DNA of 63,422 nucleotides, filler included, from Neoconidiobolus thromboides FSU 785 (GCA_025603075.1; 8 parts of 8 records of this genome joined end to end with filler, not necessarily neighbours in it), one strand, 5' to 3'. Numbered from the whole stretch's first letter, positions 1 through 13,372 are shown. Numbers and translations are program-made. Notes: generated from the letters alone by a model not told the origin.

Positions 1-403
1 CATTAAATAAGACTTGGGCATGCATTGGGGATCCTTCCCATGAATCGACAAGAGATTTTGGGTCATCAGTACCACCGCCATAACCACATTCATATCCAGC
101 GTCTTCATATCCAGCTATTCTTCGAGGCTTATCCCACATGCAGACTCCACTATCAGCCATGCTGCATGCATATTCGCCATGCCAGTCATGAGTTAATGGT
201 ACCTTAGCTGCATCTTGGTTTTGAGCATGGACTTCAGCTACTTTGGTTAATTTGGATGAAAATGGAATTGGTGGTAAGCTTCTAGCTGCTCTTCTTTCAT
301 TAAGAATACGAAGCACAGCATGACTAAAGTCTTCGCCATTAGATTGTCCATAAATAGCAGAAGTCAACAATAAAGTAAGGAAGCTCAAATTAAGAAAGCG
401 CAT
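1..403 (-). CDS. Secreted CAP/SCP-domain protein, paralog of 23523..24047; 3' end runs off the window
   Basis: Not in the ORF track. Reverse complement from ATG at 403 reads MRFLNLSFLTLLLTSAIYGQSNGEDFSHAVLRILNERR...CMWDKPRRIAGYEDAGYECGY...SWEGSPMHAQVLFN, open to base 1. About 90 bp of upstream sequence, including TATAAAAAGG, also matches the other copy. Confidence 0.93.
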   Translation of the reverse strand, partial: MRFLNLSFLTLLLTSAIYGQSNGEDFSHAVLRILNERRAARSLPPIPFSSKLTKVAEVHAQNQDAAKVPLTHDWHGEYACSMADSGVCMWDKPRRIAGYEDAGYECGYGGGTDDPKSLVDSWEGSPMHAQVLFN

Positions 404-899
404 TTTGCCAAAGTTAAAATAATGTTTGTAATGTTATTTGGTCAACAAATAATTATAATAAATATTATTAAAGTTGAATTTCCTTTTTATATTACTTTTA
501 GCTTCCCGAATGTCCATCGTATAACATAATCCAATTAATTACAATCTATATTGATAAGTTCCATTTGTATCCTTAATAGATCATAAGTTAGGGCTATGTT
601 CCTGTAAAATAAATTAATATAGTATAGTGGTAGCTTCATAATATTAAAGTCCTACTTAAGTAATGAAATTAGGTTTTAGTTATTAGAATGATAGCTTTTT
701 CGATATATTAAAAATTATCATTAATCTCCTAATATGGTATTTTAAAATATGAAAAAGCTTTTTCTCTTTTTTGTTTTATGATTTTTAAGCTTAAGATTTA
801 ACAAATTTTCAGTTAATAATTAAGTAGATATAAATATTTAGCTTTTATTATCTTGGATTTAGTTGATTTCAAATCCTAGAATGTTTCTGCAATTTAATT

Positions 900-1390
900 C
901 TACAGCAAGGCAATAGTATGATTATCTTTACCATCCATGGATCGAATAATGGAGGCATCAAGGTTTTTGAAACCTTGAAAGACTTAGAGGCCCTTAAGTG
1001 TTTTATATAGGAAAGTAAAAATTAGTGAAATAAGAATAAAGACGATAACGTTTAGATGCAAGGTAAATAAGGATAAGGATATTAAATGTGATATAAAAAC
1101 TGGGAGATTGAATAAAGGGAATATAATTTAACAATATTAGTTTTAGATGGGATCACTATGCACTTGGTTGTTTTATGCCCCACATTGTACAAATTAGTCT
1201 AGCTATGAAGTAGACGATAACGATATTAGGTGGGATAAGAGCCTTGCTAGTTTTATTTTGAGAGTAATAAGATGAAATTGACCAAACTATAGCAGTTAAA
1301 GTCAAAACTTGTAAAAAAGTTGGGAATGAAGTAATTGAAGGAAGAACGGGCGATGGACATCAAGTTTGAAAAACGAAAAATAAACCATTT
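900..1390 (-). pseudogene. Degenerate coding relic, possibly a retroelement ORF
   Basis: Minus-strand frame with long open stretches broken by TAA/TAG (…GHKTTKCIVIPSKTNIVKYIPFIQSPSFYITFNILILIYLASKRYRLYSYF…). GHKTTKC resembles half of a CCHC knuckle. No family recognised. Confidence 0.2.
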
Positions 1391-2431
1391 TAATAGCGTG
1401 TCATATAACCATTAGTAACTTTCTTTACAATAATTTTCACTTTGTAAAAATAAGTGAATTTTTAAGGTATAAAACATACTGTTCCTAAAATGGTATGTTT
1501 GCCTAATTCCAAAACAATATTAAAATTTGTTTGTATTAATTTTTTAAAGAATTGTTATTTCCAAATCAACACTTTTTCATAGATGCTCATATAAAAACAA
1601 AGCTTTAGGGCGTCAGTTTTTATGCCCCTTGAATCTAGAATGACTATTAATAGCAGAGCCATTATGTTTGCTCTATAAGTATAAAAATCAAGTATATTAT
1701 TATAGCTGATTTGATAGATACTATCGTTTATTTTATTGTATATTTAAGCTTATGGTTTACTCTATGGCCTTATATTCTTAGATTAAACTTTAAATTTTCA
1801 AAATACTCATTGTAACTGCTTTGTAACAAATTACTCTTACCGAAGGTAATAAATAAGGTGTATAATACAAAGTAATCATGTGTGTATTTTAAATATCTGT
1901 TTTTAACTATACGAGACTCTGGATATCTAAAAAACTGTAACATCGATTTCATTATGTTAATCCAATGAACCTTGGATATTGTTTATTCACAATTCTATCA
2001 ATACATTTAATACATTGTACAACCTAAAAGGCGCAGTTGTCACCTTAGAGAATTTTTCAAATAAAAAGTAGTACTCAAATTAATATAAAATATTTTGAGA
2101 GCTAAAAGTACTATAAACAAAAGTACTTATTAGATGTCTTACTTCAATATTGTTAGTTGTATAGAAATATTGGATATCAATCAAAGAGAAAAGTTCATCT
2201 ATAGACGTACAAATTATTAAAGTACTATTTTTGTTTTTAATAGATGACTTATACTATTCATAGCTTTGATACCTGGCTTTGTAAACTGATTTACATTATA
2301 AACAAAGACTTGTCAACTAAACTATTAAAAATAGACTGTTTATTAAGTTTCTAATGCATGCATTTTAAAAATTATATTATTTATTATACTAACGTTAATT
2401 AAAAGAAGGAACGGAGACCGATTAACTTTGT

Positions 2432-4072
2432 CTAATCTTCGTCTTGATGTAACAAACCATGTTCATCACTCTCTTTTGGTCTTTTAAAAGCTTTAAGCTT
2501 ATGGATAGTAAGCGGTTTACCTTTGGTAATTGATCTTTTCTTGATCCACCAAGCCAGAAAAGCACTTAATCCAATCAACAATAATACCCCAAAAGTAATT
2601 CCAAGGATGCCACCAACTCCAAAAGAGTTGTTTTTAACTGGTTTGTCTATCGGATCCTCACCAGTTAGCTCATAATTTTCATATTGGATTGTTCTGTCAT
2701 CTACAAATTTTTTGATCCCGTTCTTATAAACTTTACAGCCATCACCATTCTCAAAGCTTATTGATGGATAACTTGGCTTAGCACATTGATCTTTTGTTAA
2801 AGTTTTGGGTGTTTCCAAATGACACAAATTTGCTAACCATGTCGTTTCATATGTACTGTTGTACATAGGGTATTGGGTAGCAATAAAATCTGATAAATTA
2901 GTAATTAATATATATATTGATATAATTACATACCTCGAATCACAAGGTCCGGCCTTACGATGCCACTTTCCTCAAAGTCTAAATTCCCATTTTCGTTAAC
3001 CAATTTTGTAATTGAAAATAATTTTTCCTGATTTAAAAACTTAAAATGATGCTCTTCGTTTGGATCAATTTTAGCTAGTTTTTTCCATGACTTTAATGCA
3101 GCAGGGGATTCTTTGGGGAATTCTGTAATGTCTATGATAACATCACAATATTTAATTTGATTTTTGAATTGTTGAACATCTTGAAATTCTCTACTGAGGC
3201 CTTCTTCAACATTCACAGGAAGCCCTCCAGAACTTCGGATTAAATTATTATAATATTCATTTTTTAAAATTTCCCATGTACCTTTATCATTCCCTAGATC
3301 AGTATATTTAGTTATAGCAATATATTTTTTGTCTTTGATTTTTTCTAAATTATGTTGATGGCAATTATAACTTGTGAGCGTGCTATTATACTTGTCTTCA
3401 ACATATTTTTCTAAATTGAAGAATGAAGCAACAAATTTCAGCCAAATTAATTTTTTCATTGGTGTGAGATCTTTTCCTTCATAGCTTAACGTTACTTTTT
3501 TGCCATCGAGTTGAACATCTGTGTGGCTATCAGTTCCTTTTTGTGCATCCTCAAATAAAATTTCAACTGAATCATCAACTTCTTTAATGTCTTTAATATT
3601 TCCTTGTGCAATTCCATCAATAGCACATGGGGTTGTATAACTTTCCAAATCTGAAGCATATATGGTTGTTTTATTTAAATTCAGCTGTTGTAACAAAGCC
3701 ATACCAACTCTTGATTTTGTTGCTATTTTACTTAAAGGTATCTCTACCCATATATATGGTTTCACATTATTAGGTGGGTTCTCGGGTATCCGGGTACCTT
3801 TACAATATAACCCAATTTCTTGATTAGTAAATTTGTTAGTGATTACTTTATATTTAGAGTAATAGTCGATATTGAAATTAGCATATTGGCCAACTAAAAT
3901 AACATGTAAATATTTAATCATGAAGTATTTTTTAGTTTAACTTACATCCATATCCCTCATAAAGTATGCCTCCACGGGTCTTTCTAAAGGGATCGCTATC
4001 ATCCAAATCACAATCTAACTGTCCTTTATATATACTTACTGAAGTTAACAATAATAAAAATAATTTTAACAT
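2432..4072 (-). CDS. Secreted, C-terminally membrane-anchored periplasmic-binding-protein-like protein (CBA1-like candidate); 3 exons
   Basis: Exons 4072-3946, 3893-2934 and 2889-2432, with introns GTAAGT..TTAG (3945-3894, 52 nt) and GTATGT..TCAG (2933-2890, 44 nt), splice in frame. The product has a signal peptide MLKLFLLLLTSVSIYKG, motifs YKVITN..LYCKG and RPDLVIRDFI, a TM helix GILGITFGVLLLIGLSAFLAWWI and a basic tail. This joins track ORFs 2926..3921 and 2432..2866. Confidence 0.85.
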
Positions 4073-4867
4073 CTTTTTTGTAAAAGAGTAAAGAAATTTT
4101 TATTTATCGAAAATTTTAACCTCATTTATAAATGAAGGAACAAATTGATCCAATAATATATCGTTTATTTTGGAACACTCAAGCTATCACCCCACCAAAT
4201 ATTTTATTTTAGCTGTTTATCAAATTTTGCTAGATAATTCTTATTCTTTAAGAATATCAATTTTTTAATTTTTAAATAAAATCTGGGTTTTAATTACACT
4301 TGTTAATTAACATTACTTTATCTCCCTTATAATATTCCTCTTTTTCATTACTGTTTATACCATTAAATATGTTTTATATGAACAAAAAGAGTAAATACAT
4401 ATTAGTAAGGGACTTTTTCATCAAGACAAGTATCTAAAATAAGTCAAGCTGAACTTATTATTAAATAATTTGTGCTATAAAATTTCGGGAAGATTGTTTA
4501 TTTCTATATTTATCTAATTTTCCCTAAAATAAAATATAGATAAACTGTGAAAAAACATAAAAGATATATATCTTTGAATACTTGGAGGCATACTAAGGAC
4601 ATGTATCAATCTACATTATATTTGTCATCATACTCAATGATCAAGGGTGAAAACAAGTAAAAATTAAAAATGTTGCTTATGAGAATAAGTTTAGTAGAAT
4701 TTTACCAAAACAAGAATAAATGAAACCCGTATTTATAGCGGATTCTATTGGATTAATTGTTGTACTATTGAATCAATGGTTGTCATGTTTTAAATTATTT
4801 ATATAAAAAATGGAGTGAATCTTTTTATATTAGATCAAGCAAAATTATAAAACAAAGGGGCAGCTAA

Positions 4868-6409
4868 ATGATGCGAATCATCAGTTATAAAACGCAAAAG
4901 CGAGATAAAAGAAGTAATGCTATCAAGGAAGATAAACTGAATAATAATAATATAGCTACTAAGAAAAACTATCAAGTTCGATTTATTAACGACTTTATTG
5001 AATATATGCCAGAAAAAACTGTGATTTCAACAACACAATTTGATATATTAAAGAGTTTAATGAAAAAGCAATTGCTTCAATATTCTGTAGGTGTACATAT
5101 GGACAACTTATTAAGTGTATTACAATACCCAAATAAAAATAGCATGAACAAAGGATTGAAATTGTTCAAATATATTATGGAAAATTTAAACAGTTATCAA
5201 AGTGGATTTAAGACTAACAATGCACTAGCAAATAATAAAGTTAATAAAGATTTTTTTAATTTAATATTGAGATCATTTCGGGAAAATGCATGTAAACTCT
5301 TCAATATATTTTATAGAAAAAAGTTTTACTTTGATCAACTAAATCTGAAATTAAGACTAGCAGTTTTAGCTTGTGGTTTAGTTTGGTTACCTAATACTGA
5401 TTTAGTAACTCAATCCTTAAATAAAGTAAATCACCATCTTGGTGTGTATTTTAAGAAACCTAGTGACATTCCTATCTCATTTTCTAGCTTACAGACAATC
5501 ACACTTATTCTGACTCATCTTAGAGGTTGTACATGGACATATGGTAAGCGTATTATGTTAACTATAATTGGTAAAAGAATCATAGGAATCATGGGATTAA
5601 ACAGAGTATATAATTGCAATTATAAACTATCCATCGAGAGAAAATTATTGTATTCTGCATTTATTTTTAACTCTGCATGTAGTTCAATATCACAGTTCAC
5701 TTCAACAACTTTACCATTTAAATTAATAAAACCGGAATATAGTCTTAATTCCAATATCTCAAAATTAAGTCTAATAGATATTCATTGCTTAACTGATTTA
5801 TTCTTAGCTGATTTATTTATTCAACTTTCGGATAGCATAATTACCTTATCAAACATTCAACAACTGCTTATAATCGCACCAGAAGAACACATTAATAATC
5901 TAAACCATGCCACAAAGTTAAAAGAAGGGCTAAATCAATTTTTACAAACTATTATAATCAAATCAAATAAGCTGAAATTAATACCTAATGCACCATCAGA
6001 AAGGATAGATGATATTTTGATGTTTTTTAAATGTTTCTTTTCATTTATTGATTTTTATGTACTTTCTTTCAACTTTTATCATTATGATGACCTAATTGAT
6101 AATAAGGACCCAAAGATCAAAAAGTTAGTATATGAAGCCTTAATCAAATGCTACGATACAATCAATTATTTTATTGAGTTGAAACCAGAATGTTTAATTA
6201 GTGATACACTTCCATTTGTTGTTAGATGTGTTATATTTTTAATAAGACATTTAAAGTTTGATAATAAGAGAAAGAAAGATTATTCAAATCTTTTAAGAAA
6301 AAGCATTCAAAAAATTTCCTCCTTAAGTGATTTCCCGTCTTTTAATATGACAATTGTACTTAATTTGAAAACAATTAACCTCGTTAATGATTTTATAAAC
6401 GATTCTTAG
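4868..6409 (+). CDS. Hypothetical 513-aa protein, possibly the body of a fungal Zn2Cys6-type transcription factor lacking an intact Zn cluster
   Basis: Long ORF in very AT-rich DNA with helical composition like the other TF-like ORFs in the window. An in-frame stop lies directly before the ATG. Just upstream in the same frame is CHVLNYLYKKWSESFYIRSSKIIKQRGS*, which may be a decayed cluster tail. Confidence 0.6.
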   Translation: MMRIISYKTQKRDKRSNAIKEDKLNNNNIATKKNYQVRFINDFIEYMPEKTVISTTQFDILKSLMKKQLLQYSVGVHMDNLLSVLQYPNKNSMNKGLKLFKYIMENLNSYQSGFKTNNALANNKVNKDFFNLILRSFRENACKLFNIFYRKKFYFDQLNLKLRLAVLACGLVWLPNTDLVTQSLNKVNHHLGVYFKKPSDIPISFSSLQTITLILTHLRGCTWTYGKRIMLTIIGKRIIGIMGLNRVYNCNYKLSIERKLLYSAFIFNSACSSISQFTSTTLPFKLIKPEYSLNSNISKLSLIDIHCLTDLFLADLFIQLSDSIITLSNIQQLLIIAPEEHINNLNHATKLKEGLNQFLQTIIIKSNKLKLIPNAPSERIDDILMFFKCFFSFIDFYVLSFNFYHYDDLIDNKDPKIKKLVYEALIKCYDTINYFIELKPECLISDTLPFVVRCVIFLIRHLKFDNKRKKDYSNLLRKSIQKISSLSDFPSFNMTIVLNLKTINLVNDFINDS

Positions 6410-7912
6410 GTTAATAGAAGCAATCTTATTATCAAATTAAAAGAACTTTATTAATCTTTATACCTGAAGACATTGGTTTTATTTGATAAAAAGATTAAAT
6501 CATTACAATTAAATTTGAGCTCTGATTACTAGGTTTTTTATCCTTATATCTGATTTTAACGTAACAATTTTATAATACCATCCTTTTCTAATCGCCAATC
6601 AGTTAACCAAGTAACATTAAATTTTAACTGGGATGTGTTAGTATCCATCGATCCTTTAAGTAACTTATATTTTCTTGACCTTGAAAGGTAAAAACCCCAA
6701 GCGTTTTATTTAAATAATAAAATTAATTTAATATCATTAACCTTCCAATTGCTATTATTATATTTGTAATCTAAAAATTATTGTATTAACTAATTAAATT
6801 TATTTTAATCAAATTGTTCAAATTTCTTCCTCCTCCCTTGAATTTATTTTGAAAGATCTTAAACTCACCTTTTCTACCTGCTTTGTTGGATCTATCCTAT
6901 GGACAATCTACTGTTCATATTGTAAGTACTTTGTTAGAACAGCTGGCGACAATTTATTTTTATTATATCTGAGTATAAAATAAAAAATTGAGTAGTATGG
7001 TAATCTGTCATGAGGGATCAAAAGGCTTGACTCTAAGGCCCTAGATAAATGACCCTCTGATCTTTTCCATAACTTACTTAACTACTTGCCTTTAAAAGTC
7101 AAAAAATTTTAAACAAATAATTCTATGAAGTTTTAGAACTTTTTGAACCCTTTTTTAGTTTACTAATTTATATAAATGAACTTGGTTGATTTAAAATAAA
7201 GAAAATTCAAAGATAGGAAAAAGTTACACGATAAAGAGCAAGAGCCTTATTACGAACTAGGCTGAGATGGGATAAGTTTAACTAAATTTCCTTAGTTAAT
7301 TTATTGGAAGATTATATACTGATTTTTACAAGGTTTTGTACACCAATAAATGAACAGGACTTCGGTTAGGAGTAGTTGTTTTCGTTTCAGCATTATTACA
7401 GTTGCATGTGGGGAAACTTGAAAATAGATCTATAGGAGAGCTTGTTGAAACTTTAATGTATTATTTGAATAATACAAAAATCTACAAAAGTTACTAAAAA
7501 TCATTAAGTTTCTGGAAAGAAATTTTATAAAGCATAAAAAGGTTACACAATATTTAAAGCAAACAAACAAGTGTGTCAGAGATTTTGTGTGATAGCACAA
7601 GAAATAAAATTATATTCCCTTTAGCTTTTTATAATTACCTATATCTTTAATTCAATTTTCGAAAAAGACAAGTCCCAAATAATTAATTAACTGAAGGTGA
7701 ATATATATGTGTCAGATGAACTATGTATAAAAAGAAATGCTTAGATAACATTTAATAACTCAAACTCAATACCATCAGCTTTTAACTAAGTTAATCAAAA
7801 CCCAATCCTTTTTATTTTTTAATTTATGAAGACTAGAAAATACATAGAATAGAGAAACAGTAGCTGGAGAGAGCAAAGAGAAATTATAAGCAGAAAATTT
7901 AGAATAAGAAGG

Positions 7913-8016
7913 ATATGGAGCTACGTTTTTGTGTTTAAGAATTTTACTAACAATCTTTCCACTCAAACAGCGCTTAAAAGATAGAAAAAAATGAAGTCAA
8001 AAAAACACTCCCATAT
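7913..8016 (+). mobile_element. MITE copy 1 (TSD ATAT/ATAT)
   Basis: Matches consensus GGGGATGTATTTTT..AAGAATTTTACTAACAATCTTTCCACTCAAATAGCGCTTAAAAAATGGAAAAA..ATGAA..CAAAAAAACA(T/C)CCCC. Confidence 0.9.
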
Positions 8017-8622
8017 GTAGCAAAAGATTAGTTGAAATAGTCAAAAATTTGGTAAGATAGGAGAAGTGAAAGGGATCTATTAGTAAAATTCATTTTTTTA
8101 AATATTTTTAATAATAATTTTAAGTTAGAGTGATTATTTGTTTTTACTTTAAATTATTAATTATCTATCCTTATATAAAATAATTTTAGTTATTAAATGC
8201 ACTTAAAAATATTCAGGTTGTGTAAACAAAGATATAGAACCATAGCCCACCAATTTGCTCACTCGATCTGGAATCGAGAACTTTATATAACATACGATAG
8301 CCTAAACAAATGGCATTAACTTTTCAATCACCTCTTTTTACTTTTATTAAAAATTTGTTATTAATAATATTGATACCCATCTCATTATTTATCACCGATT
8401 GAATTTGAAAGCTTATTTATTACTATTTCGATTAGCCTAACTATAACTCAAAGAAACAATGAACACGTCCTCCTCTACTGAAAAATTTTGATAACAGATT
8501 TTCGATTTAATAATAGTCGAAGAAGGATAAAATAAAGAGATCAAAAGACACTCAAATGTTACCCTTGGTAACTATTTTAACTCAATAGTGCTACTCCCGT
8601 TTCAGTCCAATTTTCATTTAAC

Positions 8623-8727
8623 ATCTGGGGATGTGTTTTTTTGTTTAAGAATTTTACTACAATCTTTCCACTCAAATAGCGCTTAAAAAATGGAAAAATA
8701 ATGAAACTAAAAAAAACACCCCCATCT
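8623..8727 (+). mobile_element. MITE copy 2 (TSD ATCT/ATCT)
   Basis: Consensus match; non-palindromic 4-bp direct repeat ATCT on both sides. Confidence 0.92.
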
Positions 8728-11005
8728 TATAAACTCAAAAGTCCTTTTAAAAGTTTGAAATTTCTCATTTCTTTCTCTTTGAGTCTAAAGGTATTGATAA
8801 TATATTATTATTCTATGCTAATACTACAAGGTCACATCCTCATTATCGCTCTTTTGAAGTTTGATGTTATTATCAAGACTCTATTTTGCTTTGTTGTAAT
8901 TTTTATTATATTTAAATAGTGCCCATAATGGATAAAGGTAATATAAAAAACTTAGAAAGTTGTCCAAAAATAAAAAATAATTCATTCAATTGAAAGTTAA
9001 ACTTTATTAATTATATATTAAAAAATAGCTTATTTATTTGTATAAAACCAGTAAAATAAAACGATCTTATTTTCTTTTAAAAACATTAATAAATATATAT
9101 AAAACAATCAAAAAATTCAATGATTAAATTTTTGTATTACTCTACTATTATTGCTAACGTCATAACTAAAATGACATTTGAAAGACGGATACAGTCATAG
9201 CCATTTTTCATTCATAGAATAAAAATTACAATGCAACCTAATATGAGAGGATTTATGAGCTATTGCAGAAGTAGGGTGTAACTAAATTAATGCGGGAAAT
9301 TCTTAAGCTTGTATGAAAATGAATAAAATTCAAGTGGCTTCATGCTTTAGATAAAAAGTAAGATTTTTGTTTACTAAGGTTCTTAGTTAGATACTATAAA
9401 CCCATTAACTTTATTATTGTTCCTTTATAAAGATTGTCATTAGTCAAAAATACCAGGTTTTGAATTAATTAAGGCAAATAAAGTAACTAAAAAGTAAATA
9501 AAGTTTATGATAAAGTTTATAGATTTGTATATTAATCACATCAATATTTTTTGGTTATTTATTTATTTATTATTGTTTTAATCTACTTCTCCATAAAAAG
9601 TGATTAAACATTATATGTAAGTAACTTATATTACAAATTAATTTGAAACTATCCCTTTTTGATTAGTCAATAAACTCAAAATACTAAATAAATCTAAAAT
9701 TCATTTTTTTTTCAATAGGCATATACTCTTTTCTTTCAATAAGTAGTTTCTAAACTAACTATTACTACTATAAAAACACTTAAATTATATATATGATAAT
9801 ATCGTTCTATCTTTATATATGCTAAAACCTAGTAGAACCTTTAAAAATTAAATTTTAATATTCAAAATAAATCTAGAAAAAAAAACAAAATAATTCTATA
9901 TAGAAAATTTTAAAAATTTTATTAGCGATATATCTACTTTGTGAATTAATAATATTAATAATTGGGCAAAAAAATATAAAAATAAACAGCATTTGGCTTA
10001 AAATAACATTTTTAGTGGTAATATGACTTCACGAAGGCGGAAAATAGAAATCTGATTGGTGCTTTAGAATTAGGGATACAAAATGTTATCTTAAAAATGT
10101 TTATAAGTTGGAACTAATCGATGATGAGAAAAGTTTTAAGCTAGAAAAAAACCTTAAAAATAGAAATATACGTTAGTTATCTATAATTAGTTTAAAACCT
10201 AATCTATTTTAACTTCAAATAGACTATATAATTGATCTATTACAAAGCCACTTTTATTGAAATATTCAAATAGATTAACTTCATTTATGTGCGGAAAAGC
10301 CTGATAATCTTAAAGAAGAACTGGTTGTATTTTTAAATCTATAAATTATCTTTTCCTTAAAAATTAATCCAAACAATTGGTGCATCGAAAAGAAAACTAT
10401 GCCATTGTTGATTATTAAGGTACAACAAAGTTACTATCAGTAATTTGATTTCAACATCGATTGGGCATTTTCAAGTTCGTAGTCCTTAAGTTTATCCATA
10501 AGGATACTTTCTATTTTTATATTGAATAAATACGAAATTAGAATGCCCAACTTCATGTTTAAAAAAATTGATAATATATTATCCACGAATTAAATTACTA
10601 CCTTCTATCTATCGTCAAATTAAAATGGGTTTACTTTTTAAAACAATATTTGATTAGTGGAAATAATTTTCTACCGGTTCGATAAATCAGCTGTTGTTTT
10701 CTTAAATAGTTCAAGTTCTAGATATAGTACTAAGTCTTTTAACTTGGGAACCATTATTTTTCAAAAAGCCAGTGAAATTGGCTTACCAAGTTAACTCATG
10801 AATTTTCTAATAATTTTCGAATGATAATTAGCCAATAAGATAAACTTTTGAATAGAAATTGGAACTTTATTCTTAAATATTGTACCAATATTATCATTTG
10901 TAACTAATCATAATATTTGATTGTTAAAAATAAAAACATAATTTTTTATTTTGTTAATTTTTATTTCAATTACTTTTTTATCCTTTTTTTATTATTAAAA
11001 ATATT

Positions 11006-12652
11006 ATGAGTACTTATATGTCCAGCAAAAACGAAAATTTAGATCCATTACCAAGTAATGAAGATAATAATGATTCCGATTATCGAAACGGAAGACGATC
11101 CAGAGCGAGTCGGGAACAAGTAGCTATCTTAGAAGAATCATTTAAAAGTAATAATCAACCTAGTGCTAAAGCACGCGAATTATTAGCTAAAAAATTAAAT
11201 ATGCCGGAACGCACGGTTCAAATTTGGTTTCAAAATCGACGAGCAAAAATCAAATTAGGTCAACGTAAACATCATTTAGCTTTAAAAGAAGAAGCTTTAC
11301 GTCAACATTGTTTAGCTGCCTATTCAGGTAGACCTTCTGTTTTACCTCCTCAATTAGTTAGACCTGGTTTAACTCCAGATTTACAAGCAGTTAGTGCTTT
11401 CCCTAATGCTTCCTCCCCAATGGTTAACAATGCCAATTTTTCCCCTTATCCAGCTAGTTCCCCTTTCTTCACCAATCAACCTACTTTCAATGGTAATTAT
11501 TCATCAAATTTCTCTACCCCTGTTGTTAATACTATACCCGTATTCGAAGATAATAGTCAATTTAATAATAGTAATAATACCAATGAAACAAGCAACACAT
11601 TAAATAAAAATAATAATATTTTTCAATGTTCTATATTGACTATAGGTACATGGCGAAGAATGCCCTTAGGTAATGATGAATTGGTATGTAGTTATAGTAT
11701 TGAAACAAATCAAATGGCATGGGTGATTGGGGATAAAATGGCTAAATTTCGTATTTGTTTCCCATTTTCTTCGATTAAAAATATGACGTTAGCATTTATT
11801 GATGCTATCTATGCTGAATTAAGTATTGAGATTAATGGACCACCTTCGTTTTCAACACTTAATAAAGATAAGGTTTGGTCGCCCTGTGGTGATTTTACGG
11901 AAAATCATCAAGCTAGCGTTAATCATAAACATGTGATTACTGGTGATGCTCAAAGTTTAAGAGTTCAATTATTAAAGTTATTAGAATTATCTTCTAGATT
12001 ACAAAACATTACTGAAATCAAACAAACAGGACCAAGTAATAATAATAGTAATACAAATAATCCAGGTAATTTAGCCCATAATATAACTAATAATAATCAT
12101 CCTTATCAAACACCTACTCAAGAGAAAGTAATTCAATTTCCAAGTAATACAATGTCAACAATGGATTCATTTAATCAGCATACACCTAACCCGAATCCAT
12201 TTGCTTATTCTACTTTTGAAGAAAAACCGATTAATGATTTAAATTATTTACAAAGTTTACATCAAGCACAACAATTAGCATTATCTGCTCATGCTACACC
12301 TATATTAGACCAAAATGCTTGCTTTTCACCACATACTCATACTACTCCTCATTTTGGTATGAATAATTTTCAATATAATGAATTTGATCCAAGTAATTTA
12401 AACCCATTTAATACTAATCAACATCAACAATTAAATGGAACTAATTCAATTCATCCTAATTTTGAATATAATAATTTTAATCATCCATTTGCAATGAGTG
12501 GGGATAATAATAATAATAATGAAAACAATATAAATAGTAATGAACAATTTGGTCAACAAAATGAAGAGAAAGAAATGAATGCTGATAAAAATAATAATAA
12601 TATTAATCAATTGATTAATCAGCAATTGTCCTCTCCTAAAGGGGAAAATTAA
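11006..12652 (+). CDS. Homeodomain transcription factor, Pho2/Pah2-like
   Basis: Homeobox RRSRASREQVAILEESF..ERTVQIWFQNRRAK, followed by the conserved fungal block LTIGTWRR..WSPCGDFTENHQAS..H and Asn/Gln-rich low-complexity regions; intronless. Confidence 0.9.
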   Translation: MSTYMSSKNENLDPLPSNEDNNDSDYRNGRRSRASREQVAILEESFKSNNQPSAKARELLAKKLNMPERTVQIWFQNRRAKIKLGQRKHHLALKEEALRQHCLAAYSGRPSVLPPQLVRPGLTPDLQAVSAFPNASSPMVNNANFSPYPASSPFFTNQPTFNGNYSSNFSTPVVNTIPVFEDNSQFNNSNNTNETSNTLNKNNNIFQCSILTIGTWRRMPLGNDELVCSYSIETNQMAWVIGDKMAKFRICFPFSSIKNMTLAFIDAIYAELSIEINGPPSFSTLNKDKVWSPCGDFTENHQASVNHKHVITGDAQSLRVQLLKLLELSSRLQNITEIKQTGPSNNNSNTNNPGNLAHNITNNNHPYQTPTQEKVIQFPSNTMSTMDSFNQHTPNPNPFAYSTFEEKPINDLNYLQSLHQAQQLALSAHATPILDQNACFSPHTHTTPHFGMNNFQYNEFDPSNLNPFNTNQHQQLNGTNSIHPNFEYNNFNHPFAMSGDNNNNNENNINSNEQFGQQNEEKEMNADKNNNNINQLINQQLSSPKGEN

Positions 12653-13116
12653 TTCAATTTAATTATACTCTTCTTTTTTAGCTGTATAAAAAATCACTTG
12701 ATTCATTTCTTTCATCCCCCTTCATTTCTTTTATTTGATATATTTTTGTTACTTTATCATTTCCTCATTGATATTAGCTTGCCTATATTACTATTACCTT
12801 CCATCCACTTTGTTTTTTTAAATAAAATATAAACATTTGATTTTGTTTTTTATTATTTTTATTAATATGTTCTTTAATTAAGTTGTTAATAATATTAAAA
12901 AAACAAAAATAAACTTATAATGTTACTTTATTATTCTTTTAATTTATTGTTTTTTAGTATTGTTTTTAATAAATAGAAATCATGTCTATTAACTTAATCA
13001 AAATTAATAAATGTTAAATATTAACTAATTTTAGTTATTTAATTAATTAATATAGTTTAATCGAAATTTAATATACACATGAAATCAATTGTAAATTAAA
13101 ATGTATAATAAGAACT

Positions 13117-13226
13117 AATAATAAATAATAATAACAAATAATAACAATAATAATTGCTAATAATAGTTGCTAATAATAATAATAATAATAACAATAATAA
13201 CAATAATAACAATTTAATAATAATTA
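13117..13226. repeat. Imperfect (AAT)n/(AAC) microsatellite
   Basis: aataataaataataataacaaataataacaataataattgctaataat… seen directly. Confidence 0.85.
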
Positions 13227-13372
13227 ATCCAATTACTTAAACGATTGAAATTTGATGTAAATGGAATTTTCAAATTCATAACTGGAACTTAACTTTAATT
13301 TAAAAGTTCATCTTTTAAAATATTTGAAATATATTATTTTTAAAATAATATTAACAATAATAAACTAGACTT

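Noticed and set aside
7775-7966. Short track ORFs overlapping MITEs (7775, 8701, 17231, 33730, 39457, 45193)
   Set aside because: Their shared peptide similarity (SGKIVSKIL, KNTFPY) is only translation of the non-coding repeat; frames are not conserved across copies.
8240-8310. Possible tRNA relic (GGAATCGAG resembles a reverse T-loop)
   Set aside because: No cloverleaf or D-arm could be built on either strand.
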